Of a stretch of 64,000 bases of DNA, positions 25,801-38,937 are shown piece after piece. Where the stretch lies: positions 62,001-126,000 of the forward strand of contig NGBS01001185.1 of assembly GCA_002245135.1 (NCBI GenBank). The letters run 5' to 3'. Source of the DNA: Proteromonas lacertae (Eukaryota). The position numbers and the translations under genes are program-made. Position 1 is the stretch's first letter. Each line of letters starts with the position of its first letter. The notes under the pieces are model-generated. The model was not told the DNA's origin. It searched no databases and was given only the letters and a program-made list of their open reading frames with translations.

Positions 25801-27483
25801 TCAGTTTCAAAATTTCCATCATTTCCACATGTTACTTCTTTATATCCACTTCCACAATATGAAATTGAAGTCATTCCAATATTAGTTGACGGATAATTCT
25901 CATTAGCTTCACATATAGATAGTGGTTTTTCATCAAATACAAACAGTTTCATTTGTATATAATGTCCCCAATCTGTTGGACGTGTACCATATCCTCTGTT
26001 TGATATAACTTCAAATCTAAAAATCTCAAATGCTTTATTAATTGGATTTAAGGCAAATGTTGAAATACCACTACAATCTACTCCTGATAATCCCAAATCT
26101 GCATTTTCAAAAAGTAATATCCATTCTATATTCTCACTATCAACTGAACCATATATCTTTACATCCCTTGGATGAGTACCAGCATTGTTTGAAGCAACCA
26201 CTTATTCTAAATTGATTCACATATTTAGCTACATGATTTTTAAATGTAAAATTGAAATTTAATGGAAACCATTTATCTGCACCTTCTCTATCTAATACAA
26301 CTGAAATATATCCAGTATTAACATCATACATATTTCCCATATCTTTTATTTCTACAGGTATATTACCAGCTTGTGATCTTATTGTTATATCCACATTATC
26401 AGCTGATATTTGTGAGTATGTAATCCTCTAGCTACGAGTTTCTATTGTCGGCTGAAAATTCATCATTTTGAGACAATGGACTTGATTCACTTTTATGAAT
26501 TTCTATTCCAATGAAATTATCAAAACTATCTGATTATTGATTGAGGAATTGAGATTGTTGATTCAGTTAATGATTCAAATGATTTGGCTTGCTTTGATTT
26601 CTGAGTTTATTTCTCCTAATGGCATATTCTTTCTGAAGATTTCTATTCCATTTACATACACTATCAAACCATCACTATATTTCACTTTTAAGATTGGACC
26701 ATTGGTAGCTGCTATATCTGGAAGTGTAAATTTTGTTCGATAATAAGTAGTTACTGTTGTTTTCGCAGGAAATGAGGAAGGAGTATAAGTTATCCAATCA
26801 TTTACAATATTAGCTCCAAGAATTATCACTTTGTGGAGTAGCTGAATATCCCCATTCATTATATTCTGGCAATACATAATAAGATAACAATTGTCTTGCA
26901 TTAAAGTGATTTTGAATTTCTTTGTCTATCTTCACTTTCACACTTTTATTACTTTCCAATTCATTCATATTTATGGTTGATACTATTTTATCATTCATTT
27001 CTACTTTAACTATACCAAATTTCTCATTTGACTTTCTCTCTTCATTCTTTCTAATTTCATAAATACCTTCATTAAGACATAATGCAACAGATTGTGAACC
27101 ATTCACCACTCTTGATCTAAACAGCTCTGATAAGTCAATCCTCATTCTACCAATAAAAAAACTAAATGGTTCATAATTCATATCATTTCTGATTTTGTTG
27201 TCGATTTGTCCTGCATATGAACCAGCATGATAATACAGTTTCACTAAAATCGCTGATTTATCACAATTTACTGTCGTCTTTCCTGAATTGTCATTATTTA
27301 TGGTATCTACACTACCAACATGGGCTTTATCAACCAAATTTAGCCTCTGAATCTTTTGACAGTAAATCATTTCGAATTGTGTTTCTGTTGAGATTTTGCT
27401 TAGCTGAAGCAGAAATTCCTATTAGAATGATAAATGCACTTAAAAATACCCCAAAGCGCAATGAATAACAAGATATAACTCAT
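22818..27483 (-). CDS. Type I surface protein: galactose-binding-like beta-sandwich domains, HRM-like Cys modules, PT-rich mucin stalk, TM helix, KE-rich tail; several frameshifts in the 5' part
   Basis: ATG at 27483, signal peptide and 31-nt first intron as in the paralog at 46052. ORFs 26810..27370, 26575..26901, 26140..26394 and 22818..26201 are collinear with the paralog but joined by small insertions. Confidence 0.75.
24100..24655 (-). repeat. Degenerate coding repeat (TTVKPTTQTP)n, mucin-like stalk
   Basis: About 30-bp periodic units, visible in the translation. Confidence 0.85.
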
Positions 27484-28054
27484 TGAATAATTGGAATGAA
27501 TTTTTTGTGTTTCAAGTATCATTTCACAAAGATACACTTACTCTTTTTTGTTACTATCAATTAAACCTAAAATTATGATGTTAAATAGCATAATTTATTA
27601 TGCTTGTATGGTTTTGAAAGCTTTTGAATAAAAATGAATATGAATCATTTGTATTCTCTGATGAAATCTTCTATACACTTCCAACACTATCATTCTCTGA
27701 TATAAGATACGTGTGTATTGCAGATATAAGAAGGATCAACTGATATTTCAAACTGCATATATTTAAAACCTCATCACATCAACCATTTATGTTAGACTAA
27801 CCCATACCTCATTTAAAACTTACATTTTCAGTTTAATATAATCTCATTTTATATTAAAAATATTATCACAGTGTTTTCTATTGTGTGACATATACATATC
27901 TCGAATATTTTTTTCAATTTCACTATATAAGACAAAGACAAAAAGATTTAAAATCATGGTGTATCAAAAATAAAATTGGGTAATGAAAAACCTCAAAAAA
28001 CAAAAATAAGCAAATAAAAGATGTAGTGAATTTAAAATTATTAATTTAAATAAA

Positions 28055-29787
28055 TTAAGGAGATTTCAGTCTACTAGCTTTACTTTGTTCAAAATATGAC
28101 CAATCTTCGATATCTTTCTCTAATGTCTTTGGAATTTGATACTTATTCTTCTTTAAGAAATTATAATATTCGATAATATTCAAATTCAACACCTCTTTTC
28201 TTACATATTCCATCAATCTTTCTAATTCAGTATCCTTATGATCATTATCATCTAAAATATCCAAATGTATCTTATAAAACAACTCTTTCGTGAATTCTTC
28301 TCCATTTTCTATAATCTCCTGAATGCTTACCAAAAATCTCTTTACACCGACACTTAGCGTCTGATTGAACTGTTGACTTTTATCTAACAACAATAAGAAC
28401 CAATCACAATTCCTTAATCTCCTCATTCTCAACTTTCAAGCTCTTTTCTTCAGCTTCGATTCTCATTCTTTTCATATCCACATCTAAAGTTCTATTTTTA
28501 TATTTGCCAAAGCATTCAAATTTATTCATTATCATCTCATGTCGATAAAATTCATATCTACTCAATTTATTCATTAAATTTTTCTTCACTTTCGATTTAC
28601 TGTTATTAATGACATTACAAACACTTTTTAATTCGAATAACGGATCTAATTCAGTATTATTGGATGGGAAATCAATTATGGATTTAACTGTATTTATATT
28701 AACATTATTATCTATCTATCTTCTTCTTTTTCTTCTTCTCCTTTATCATTATTTTTTATTTTATTATTTTCATTACAATTATTATTTACAGGTTGTGGTT
28801 CTAAATTGATATTTAATGAATTATTATTACTTTTTGGAATTGTTGATTTTAATACATAAGAAGGTAAATGTGGTCTTCTTGGCGAACAATATATATTATT
28901 ATTATTATTATATATAGTTGATTGTCGTGGACTTTGTCTTGGAGACTGTCGAGGAGATTGTACAGGTGATAATACAGATGATGAAGATTCAAAACTAAAT
29001 TGACTATTATTCATTCTTTCTATTTGCTGTTGTTGAAGTGATGATGTTCTTATTGGAAAAATACTTTTACGTGGTGTAAATGGTGGATAAATGATAGACA
29101 CACGATGATTCTTTAATGGTGATAAATTAGTAGAATTATTTGAGTTTGGAGGTTGAGGATTATATCTCTTATCAATTATTCTGAATTTTCTTTTCAATTT
29201 TTCAATATGATCTACTTCGTCATCATCTTCATTATTTCTGTGAGGGTTTGATTCCCGTTCAATTTGATTTCCTGCCCATTCCATCTTTTCTTCTACTGAT
29301 GTTGTTGTTAGGTAATTAAAATAAGATTTACCTGATCTTACATATTTCAAAACTGAATTTGATTCTGCCACTGTTTTGTTTATTTCATTATATCCTGTAT
29401 CTGTTATTTTTATTGGTCTTTTGGGTGATAAGGCTGTATCGTCTTCCAATGGAATGTATTTGGGTGTATCAACTGGTGGAGGGGTTGGTGGCTTTTGCCC
29501 TGGTATAATTTTATCAACTTTTAATGTGTATAGTGATTTTAAAGTGCCTAAAGGTCTGTATTCTTCATAATAAGGACAATTACAACCACACCCATTACGT
29601 AACATTTCTCTTTTCTTCAATATCAGTTGTTTTGACTCATTGGGTATAGATTTTCGAGTATCAGCTGTATTTCTCTGAGCTACCTATATTTTCTATAATG
29701 AAGTCACAATACCTTTTGTTTATCTAAGCATTCATATATGCCATAACAATCATCATCCAAAATTGTATTTTCAATTAGAAATGGCAT
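28055..29787 (-). CDS. Hypothetical protein with SPR(Q) repeats and a C-terminal helical region
   Basis: ATG at 29787 with an in-frame intron at ~29684-29712 into ORF 28712..29620. Downstream exons 28404..28589 and 28055..28432 need a further intron and a probable frameshift. Confidence 0.5.
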
Positions 29788-29877
29788 CTATATACTACGA
29801 TAGACTAAAAAACAGTTTTTATAAATCAAATAAACATTCAAACCTATATGGTAATATATATCCGTTTCATTATATTT

Positions 29878-31490
29878 ATGGATGTTTATATCTATGTAGT
29901 TGGAATTATTTTTGCTTTTCTACTAAGTTTTGCTTGTGGTATATTTTGTGTATTTATTAATTTAGGAGGAAATAATATCTCAAATGCGTTATCACCAGTT
30001 ATTAATCTGAAATGGTTGAATCCTAAAGTGGTTATAGTTATAGGAGCTGTATGTGAATTTATTGGTGTGTTTACTAACTGGACAGATTGTCAAGGATTAG
30101 AATATTATGGTATATATCTACTAGTTTTATCAATATAATAACAATTAGATTTAATTAATTTCGATTTATTTAAAGAAAATCCACAACAACTAGGTAAATC
30201 AATGATGTGTGTATTTATCTCAACTTCAATAGTTATTCTCGTATTTTCAATCTGTAGATTCCCTTTGCCAGTAGAATATCTGATCAGTGCATCATTTATA
30301 ATGATATTTGTCAGTGAAAACGGTAAGAAAGGAGTAGATAGTAACTTAATTTTAAAGCATATTTTAGTCTGGTGTTTAAGTGCAGTAGCATCTTCATTCT
30401 TATCAGCTTATATCTATTCAATAGTGAAATTAATATTTATATCAGATAAAAGCCCTAAAAAGTCACTTACAAGATATTTCACTATTTTTTCATTTATTAC
30501 AATCTTTGGTTGTGTTATTTGTTTTTTAGAAGCTGGTTTATTTCGAATTCATGTAGATATTCCAGCATATATTTCTGCACTAATTGCACTGACAGTTGGA
30601 ATAATTGGTTCTATAATAATTAGAATATTTTATGTTCCAAGTCTAAGAATTCGATTGGATAAAGATATTAATGATATTATGTTAGTTCCAAATAAAAGAA
30701 GTGAAATACTACGAACACGTATAGTAATATATATAATAACTATACATTTCATATTTTTCTATAATAATCAAATATGTTATTTATTTGTATAGAATCCCAT
30801 CCAATAATCACTATACATGAATATTCTGATATTGAAGGTTCAACAATTGCTGGAGGTTCATCATCACTTTATAATACACTTCCAATAGGTAGAAGTTTAT
30901 CTCAATCTACTCCATCAGTATATGCATCATCAAGTACTCAACATAAATCAACTGGTAATTCGAACGGAAAGCTTGACAACAGGAGATATTAGAGGAAATA
31001 ATAATAATTATTTAGATACATTGAATGAATCTCCAGAATATATAGATAATGGTAATATTAATAATGGAACTCAAAGGATAAAAAGAGTGAAATTCAATGA
31101 CAAAGCTGAAGTTGTCTCATACAGTAACAAAATAAAACCAAAAAAATTATTAAAATATTTTGAAAAAGTAGTTGATTTTTCTTCAATAGAGATAGAATTG
31201 AAATGGTTTATTTTAATCATTTCAATAGTTTTATGTCTTGTCCAAGGAATGAATCAAATCGTTCCAATTGGATATATATTAGCTATTTTATATCAATGTT
31301 ATAATACTAAATCAAATACTGAAATAATAATTAAAGATGAGGAGTTTTGTCCTTTTTATTTGATAATTATTATGTGTTTAGGTTTTGGATTAGGAATTTT
31401 GATTTTAGGTAGTAGAGTGACGTATATGTTGAATAATAAATTAGGGAATATTACACCAACAATTGGATTCTCTATTTTACTAACAGTTTG

Positions 31491-31521
<31 letters not shown>

Positions 31522-31740
31522 ATTTTGATTAACTTTATAATAGTAATTGTTTCAACGATTGGATATGGTTTGAATTATTATATATCTTCTACTTATTCGT
31601 ATATATTTGCTCTTATTGGTATATGTACTGTGGAAGGGCTTGAAATTATCAAATGGCCACATTTAATTGTAGTTGGATCTATTAATATACTTGCTATTGG
31701 ATTAGTATGTGGTATTACTGCTCTTTTAAGTTTAATTTAA
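29878..31740 (+). CDS. Divergent PiT/PHO4-family phosphate transporter-like membrane protein
   Basis: GGNNISNALSPVI (cf. GANDVANS), GAVCEFIG, GLGILILGSRVTYML..ITPTIGFSI, ISSTY. Two hydrophobic halves flank a large loop. Confidence 0.7.
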
Positions 31741-31825
31741 TTTAATGATTGTTATATTGATGTTTTGTGATGTGTTTTTCAAAATAGATTTGCAAACTGT
31801 AATTCAAGTTTTTTATTTTTTTCTC

Positions 31826-32586
31826 ATGTTGCGTTTGTCTCGTTTACCAGTTTTTAGGAGTTTTAAACCTAATTATTTGTATGTTGATTATATATTTATT
31901 TATTTAGAAGAAAAGGATTTTGTCAAACTGCTTTACAATCATCAGTATTGTTGTTTTCTTTATTTTAGGAAATAAAATTAACAGAAACAGAGATAAATAA
32001 TCTAGTTAAGAATGATAAACTAGATGAAGCATTTAATATATTAAACAAACTTGAAAATCAGCAATTAGCAACTCCAGTATTATATATGAATCTTTTTGAC
32101 CAAATTAAATCTCCTAATACATGTTGGAAAGTATAAATATATTATATAAAATGTAGTTATTTGAAAGAGTTCAAAGAAACAAAGTAATTCTTGATAAAAC
32201 TACTGTTCTAAGTATATTTTATTATTTGGTAATGATATATAGATTTATTAAATACATTTTCGCTTTATCCTGAATATTTTTTCCCATTTTTGAATTATTA
32301 TATAAAACATCACCATCCTAAAAATTTACCTATAAATTCAATTTTCTTTTATTTATACACATATTTAGAAGGCCATTCCTATATAGTAGAATGTTGTGAA
32401 ATATTCTGCGAATTGTATAAAAGAAAGTACCAAATACCATTTGCTGCATTTAAAAAGTGTGTTGTTGAATCATACAAATTGAATCATGATTTATCAAACA
32501 TGGGATTTGAAAAAGTGAAAGTAATAGAAGAATTACACACATATTTCATTAATAGTAGATATAAAACAGATATTATAAAAGAATAG
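31826..32586 (+). CDS. Hypothetical helical (PPR-like) protein with a putative mitochondrial targeting peptide
   Basis: MLRLSRLPVFRSFK N-terminus; INNLVKNDKLDEAFNILNKL is PPR-like; several short introns. Confidence 0.45.
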
Positions 32587-32691
32587 ATTTTTTCCTATAC
32601 ATTCTTTTTTGCTCTTTGTTCTATTTATATATTACATACAACAAACAACAACAATTATTTAACGAAAATACTTTTTGAATTTAAGAAAAAT

Positions 32692-33021
32692 TTAATGTTT
32701 CTGTTTCTTGTTGAATGGAGTGTTATTGTTACTCTTATTATTGTTATTATATGGACGTTTCTGAGCACTGTTATTACCTGGAGTTTGTTGTTGTTTCTTA
32801 AATTGTTTATTTCCAGTTTGAGGTGTTTTTGGTTGTTGGTTTTGTTTACCTGGTGTTTGATTTGGTTTACCTGGAGTCTGTTGTTTTTGTTGATTTGGTT
32901 TACCTGGTGTTTGTTGTTTATTTCCAGTTTGTGGAGTTTTTTGTTGTTGTTTACCTGGAGTTTGTTGTTTTGCTGGAGTTTGTTGTTGTTTTGGCTTTTG
33001 TTGTTGTTTTGGTTTTTCTTC

Positions 33022-33057
<36 letters not shown>

Positions 33058-33062
33058 GTCAG

Positions 33063-33097
<35 letters not shown>

Positions 33098-33722
33098 GAA
33101 TCTTCTTCTTCTTTAGATTCTACAGCTTGTTGTTGTTTTGGTTTTTCTTCTTCTTCATCATCATCATCATCATCGTCGTCGTCGTCGTCTTCATCATCTT
33201 CTTCTTCTTCCATCTTTGCTACTGGCTTTTTACCTTCAGTTTTGTCATCATCTTTATCATCATCATCGTCATCTTCTTCTTCTTCTTCCCCTTCTTCTCC
33301 TTCACCGAAATCAAAATCGTCACCTGGTTGGAAATATCCAAATACATTTACTTTAGCTTTGTCATTTCCGACTCTCAATGTTACATCACTTTCACCAGCA
33401 ATTGGTATTTCAACTACTACTTGTGGTGTTTCTAAATATCATAATATATATGATTGATAATATACGTTTTGATAAATAAGCAATTGTCATTTCTGTTGGT
33501 TTTTCAGTTAATTGGTCATTAAATTTCATAATTACTGGAATTAATGCATCTCCTTTGATATTATCAACTGATGCTAATGTTAACTACAAAATAAAATAAT
33601 GAAATTAATAATACTTGAGTTATAGTGAATTCCATCATATCAACACTGACATCCTTTGGTTCTTTATCAATCTAGACAATAAAATATTTGATTAATACTG
33701 TAAGAAACAATGATTGTGGCAT
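32692..33722 (-). CDS. Nucleoplasmin-like (NPL) domain protein, HD2/FKBP39 type histone chaperone
   Basis: Three introns reconstruct an NPL fold ending IAYLSKQTPQVVVEIPIAGESDVTLRVGNDKAKVNVFGYF, followed by long D/E tracts and a K/Q-rich tail with TP(G/A/K) repeats. Confidence 0.8.
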
Positions 33723-34144
33723 GTTTTTTTCTAAAATGCAAAATATCAGCTTGAGGTTTGATAAACTTCATTTTCTTTTTTCTTCTTAATAATGTCATTA
33801 AAAATCAGTAAAAATACATTTTTCAAAGCTAAATATCTCTAATCTATAAAAAATGACATGTATAGACCAATGTTCAATAATTATAAACAAATGTCGAAAT
33901 ATGAATAAATCTTTCATTATTCTATTCGAATATTAAATAATAAAGAGAAAATAAATGTAAATCTATTCTTAATTTCAACTATTACACATTCATTTATTTC
34001 CTAACTTTCATCCGATAGTAAGCTCATCTTCAAGATGTTATACATTGAATAATCTGATATCTAGTTCATATTCAATTAAGTCGTTTTTGTAAGGTGTTGA
34101 AACGACTATATTTTATAAAAGATTTGTTCTTTATTCTTCTATTC

Positions 34145-34391
34145 ATGAACACATCATGTACCGGGTATGAGACGTGTTTTATAATTTTCTAGAAAGAGAA
34201 AGCTAGCGTATATGGAAAGATACGATCCTTCTTTTATTCAGAACCAATATTCCAAATACATTCGGACTACAGTCACAGAATCAACAGAAACAATAAAATT
34301 ATATATACCTGATCTTCAGTTTCCTAAATCATCGGAAGAACTCCCTGATGACGGATTATCTGCTCCAAAAACGACATCTCCATTGTGCTAA
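34145..34391 (+). CDS. Small hypothetical protein (~72 aa), absent from the ORF track
   Basis: ATG AAC ACA TCA TGT ACC GG, a 28-nt intron GTATGA..TTCTAG, then an open frame to TAA at 34389-34391. GC content is locally raised. Confidence 0.45.
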
Positions 34392-34699
34392 CTAATATAT
34401 TATATATTTTAGTTAGATGTATGATTTTGTATATAATTAGTAACTATTCTATTCATTTAATATTTTCATTTATATATCATCGTTGTTTTTATGTATTTTG
34501 TAGGTATTGTATAGAACATATAGCAGAAAAAATCAACTCATTTTTTCTTATTGCTTGATTTTATTCTTTGTTATAACCTAATGAAAAGCATATAATATTA
34601 AATAGTGAATTATTTACTTAATCACAATATTTAGAATAGACAAAAATCATGAAATAATAACTTCCTATTTTAAATTCATAATTCTAAAAAAACTAATTC

Positions 34700-35790
34700 A
34701 TTCCTTCTTTACATGAACAAATACAATATGATCGAATTTCAATCATTGATATATTTGAAATTTCAGTTTCTTTCATCTTTTCTGGATATTTTCATCATTA
34801 ATAATATTCATTAATTCGGTTTATTATTGTAACTTTTTATTAATCGATCTTGAACATCTTCCCATTTATCACTTCTTAAATAATATTTTATTATAATATT
34901 AAATGGTAATATTTCTATATCATTATAGAACAACATTTCTTTTCTTTCATTTATCACTATTAAATCATTGTTTTTGTCTCTCAATATTTCACTTATTTTT
35001 ATCATATCTTTATTCAGCTCTTTTAAACTCAATCTGTCTTCACTTTTCACTTTCAAAATTCTTCTTATCAATTCTTTCATCACATCATCGCATTCTACAA
35101 TAAAACTGTATTTACATCTCACAATTTTGTCTTTGGTTTTGTTGATATTATTATCTTCATTAAATGGTAATTTCTTGTTTATCATTTCATATAATATACA
35201 ACCAATTGACCAAATCACACTTCTCTCATCAAATTCTAGTCCATTCAATTCATCTGGACTTTTGAAACACACATCATACAAATTTAAATCTTCTTCTTTT
35301 CTTATTTCATTCAAGAATAAATCACACAATTTTATTTTGTCATCATTCTCCATTACAATATTACTACTCTTCAAATTACTAACTTTCAAACCATATTCAC
35401 TTAATATCATCACAATTTTACATACAACACTTATCACATGATATATTTCATCTTTAGAAAATGTATTAGTTTCAATTATCTCTTCTAAATCTCTCAAGTA
35501 ATATTTTCTTTCCAATATCATATCATTATACCCAGTAAATTGACATTTTTAATGGATACACATACAACAAATAATTACTACACAATAATGATTGTTTTTC
35601 AAAGAATTTGAAAATAGTCTTTTCTTTTATTCCCCTAATATTCACATTCTTTATCATTTTATCATCTACTTTTCTATTAACTCTAACTCCTTTACTTTCA
35701 CTAATCACCACGTTTCTTTCTTTTATCTATTCATATAAATCACTACTTATACATTGGTAGAGTTATGCAAAAACAAAAATGATAGTCCAT
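34700..35790 (-). pseudogene. Degenerate protein kinase-like gene (pseudokinase or pseudogene)
   Basis: VSNLKSSNIVM (no catalytic Asp), CDLF, SVIWSIGCILYEM, DRLS. Frame breaks at ~35525 and ~34811. Confidence 0.55.
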
Positions 35791-35991
35791 CAATGAAACA
35801 TCTTAAATAATTCATTTTTTAAAAATAATGTTTCAAAAATATTATCGTTTCATTATTTTTATTTTTCATTTTTCACATCCTTGGTGATTAGCTACTGAAT
35901 TATTGACTTTTAATTTAAATACCAAAAAAAGAGATAAACATATGTGAATATAGTTAATATAATAATATATCATTGTTGTAAAGATAAATTT

Positions 35992-38937
35992 TCAATTAGC
36001 TTCTTGCAATCTTTTATATTCTTTGTAGTTTGTAATTATTACTTCAAATTTGATGGTGATTGTTTTTGATTTATATTTTGCTAATGAAAAATAAACCAAA
36101 TTCACTATCCGATTATACTTTATATAATTGTAAATTGGATTGCTTTTATACTCTTCCATTTCTTGATGTGAATAATAAATCTATCATTTCTTTACATTTT
36201 TCATCATTATTTATTTTAAACAACTTTTCTTTGACCATTTCTTTTATTCTTTCTGATATAAATCTTAATGATTGGATTTTGTAATATCATCTTCAAATGT
36301 TTCATAGATTAATATATTGTCATAATCGCATTTCGCCATTGAAGATACATTAATTCCTCTCATTATATCATCTACTGCACCAATGACTTTTATTTTGTCA
36401 TCTATTTCTGTTTCACCATATACTCTATTTCCTATTATGCCACCATAGTATTCGTAGTTTTTCCTATAACAAGTTACATCACTATTATATAAATCTAACC
36501 AATCTTCATTCTGTATTTTCTGATTGAATGTATAAATCTATATAACTTTTATTCTTCTTTTTTGAATCTATTTCAAGAACTGCCATTTTTCTCACATGTA
36601 AATCTAAATCATATTTATTCATAAAATATTTAGGATAATTATCATATAATTTATATTTAGGATTTTCCAGAATTATCACTTTTTCAATTTCTTCTTTTGT
36701 AAATGGAGGTATATACATTACAAGTGGACATCTTTTACTTTGAAATGCATTATAGTTTTCATCAGTTGGATCAGCTATTAATATTATCATTTTAGCATCT
36801 GGATAATCATCTTCTCCAATTACTTCTTCATTTGAAATAACTATATATGGTTGTTTACTAGTGATATATTGATGTGGTTCATTACTTATAATTATTATAT
36901 CAATATCTGAATTGTGTTGTTGAATAAAATCTATTATTACATCTGATAATATTGATTTACCTATTCCACTATGACCAAATATTAAGTAGTTCTTTTGATA
37001 TGGATAATTTATATCAATAATATCTCCAGGACATATAATGTTAAATATCTTATAGTAACAATCTCGCATTAAATATACTGTACTTTTATTTCTTACATAT
37101 GCTTCTATTTTCACTCCTTCTGGTAGTTCATACAATGAAGGTGGAAGTTTATCATCATCATCATCTTCTTCTTCTTCATCATCATCATTTTTCATTTCTA
37201 CTACATCTACTTTTGATGTATCTTTTTCTGCACCTTCTAATCTTTTTATTAATACATCCTTATTTCCACCAACTTTTAATCCTTTACTATTCAATAACAT
37301 TTTTATCTCATCAACTGTCAACTTTGTGTAATCTACAACTATTTTATCAATATCTGGAGTAATATCTTGTTTTGCTTCATCTAATATACATAATCTATAA
37401 TTGTAATTATCTCCATTCTCACCATATTCCTATTATATAACATTATACATATATATAATTAATACTATCATGGATTCTAACATGCTCTTTTCATCTTCTT
37501 CAAATATCTCATCTCTACATATTATTCTATAAAATACTCCTTCTAGAATAAAGTCAAAATAATTATTTTCATCCAATATAAAATAAAGAAAATGTTTTGC
37601 ACCATCTGGATAATATATTGACTTTTCTTTCTTTGAATTATACTGGAATCAGCATCTTTCTTGTTTATATCAGTTTGCATAACTAATTCATATGATATAA
37701 TATGTTTTATTGCTGATCTCCTCATTTCATTATCATCATTCATAGATCTAAGTTTATTTATTAGTATACCATATTCAGTATTATTTCTAGGAGGATAGAA
37801 TTTGCATGAAACATAATTTTCAACATATTTTGATATAAATTTCAAATGCCGTTTTGGCTTATATATTCTTTCTTTTACAATCTTATCATCTACTTCTTCT
37901 AAATCATATTTTAATATGATATTTGATAATGCTGTTTCTATCAAATAATCTTTACTGTTATAATGCTCTAAAAATTCATTATAACCTTCTGTTCCTACCA
38001 CACTATCTATCAGTTGTTTATAATAACTCCAATAATCTCTTCCATAATTCATTTCATATAAATAACTGAAGTATATTAATCTGGGAATATTTCCATATCT
38101 TTCACAAACATCTTTAAATTCATTACTTCTAACATTAACACTACCCAAACCAACACAATTCTCAAACCATTTCTGAACTTCTTCAAATTCAAATGATTCA
38201 AAATATAATTTAACAGTATTTTTATACTCATCATTATTACTTTTCTCTGGAGAACTTATGGAGATAACTGTGTTATCTTTAAAATCGTTATTATAGGTAT
38301 CAACTATTACTATTGCTTTTCTAATATAAGAAGTACTAACATTTTCAATTTTTATAAGATTATAACCATTTCTATTTTTTTCTTTTTCTAATTTATATAT
38401 TTTTGTTCTTGATGGATCTCCATTTCTCTTGCCTTTATAAACATATACACCACCTGGGTATTTTGTTTCCCAATCATCACTATTCTTTAATTTGTATAGT
38501 AAATAATATATAAACGAAGTCTTACCAATACCTGGTTGACCTGTTATTACTATTTTCCTATTTTTTTTAATAAGTCCATGTATATATCCCCACATTATTC
38601 CATAACTCTCTCTGATGTAAATCTTCTTCAAGGGGAATTGGAATACATCAACATCAGTATTTCTAAAATCTAAATAATCAACATTTATATTACTTCCAGT
38701 AGTATAAATTACACTCATATTGTTGATGATCTTTACAAAACTGTCACCTTTCGCAACAACATAAAATTGAGAAACAATTACACATTCTCTATCATTTGTC
38801 TTTCTTCTTTTGGAAATATTATTACTATTATCACTTACTTTTCTCTTCTCTGTATAATTTCTTTCAACTCTACTTTCACATCTACCTCCACCTCTGCCAC
38901 TACCTTTAGCTTTACTAGTTTTTGATTTTTGAACCAT
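35992..38937 (-). CDS. Crinkler/RHS-like protein with two P-loop NTPase modules separated by a SAP domain; frameshifted, possibly a pseudogene
   Basis: IYIRESY..ITGQPGIGKT..IVDT..ISSP..RYGNIPR..LKFIS; SAP motif LTVDEIKMLLNSKGLKVGGNKDVLIKRL; second module LMRDCY..GHSGIGKS..YIPPF..YYGGI..LRFIS. Intron at ~37432-37479; frameshifts at ~37650, ~36510 and ~36270. Confidence 0.65.

Noticed and set aside
27484..28054. Long intergenic stretch as a possible ncRNA or element (also 4430-5134)
   Set aside because: No tRNA cloverleaf, terminal repeats or recognisable RNA motif was found; only short AT-rich palindromes expected by chance.
32655..33457. Overlapping poly-His, poly-Met, poly-Ile and poly-Ser ORFs
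   Set aside because: These are alternative-frame readings of (GAT/GAA)n acidic tracts. The same applies at 7018-7275, 16712-17222, 22926-23459 and 56741-57121.
37425..37440. In-frame TAA TAG as evidence of a reassigned genetic code
   Set aside because: It is the 3' end of a phase-0 intron (GTTAGA...ATAATAG). Conserved genes here end normally at TAA/TAG.
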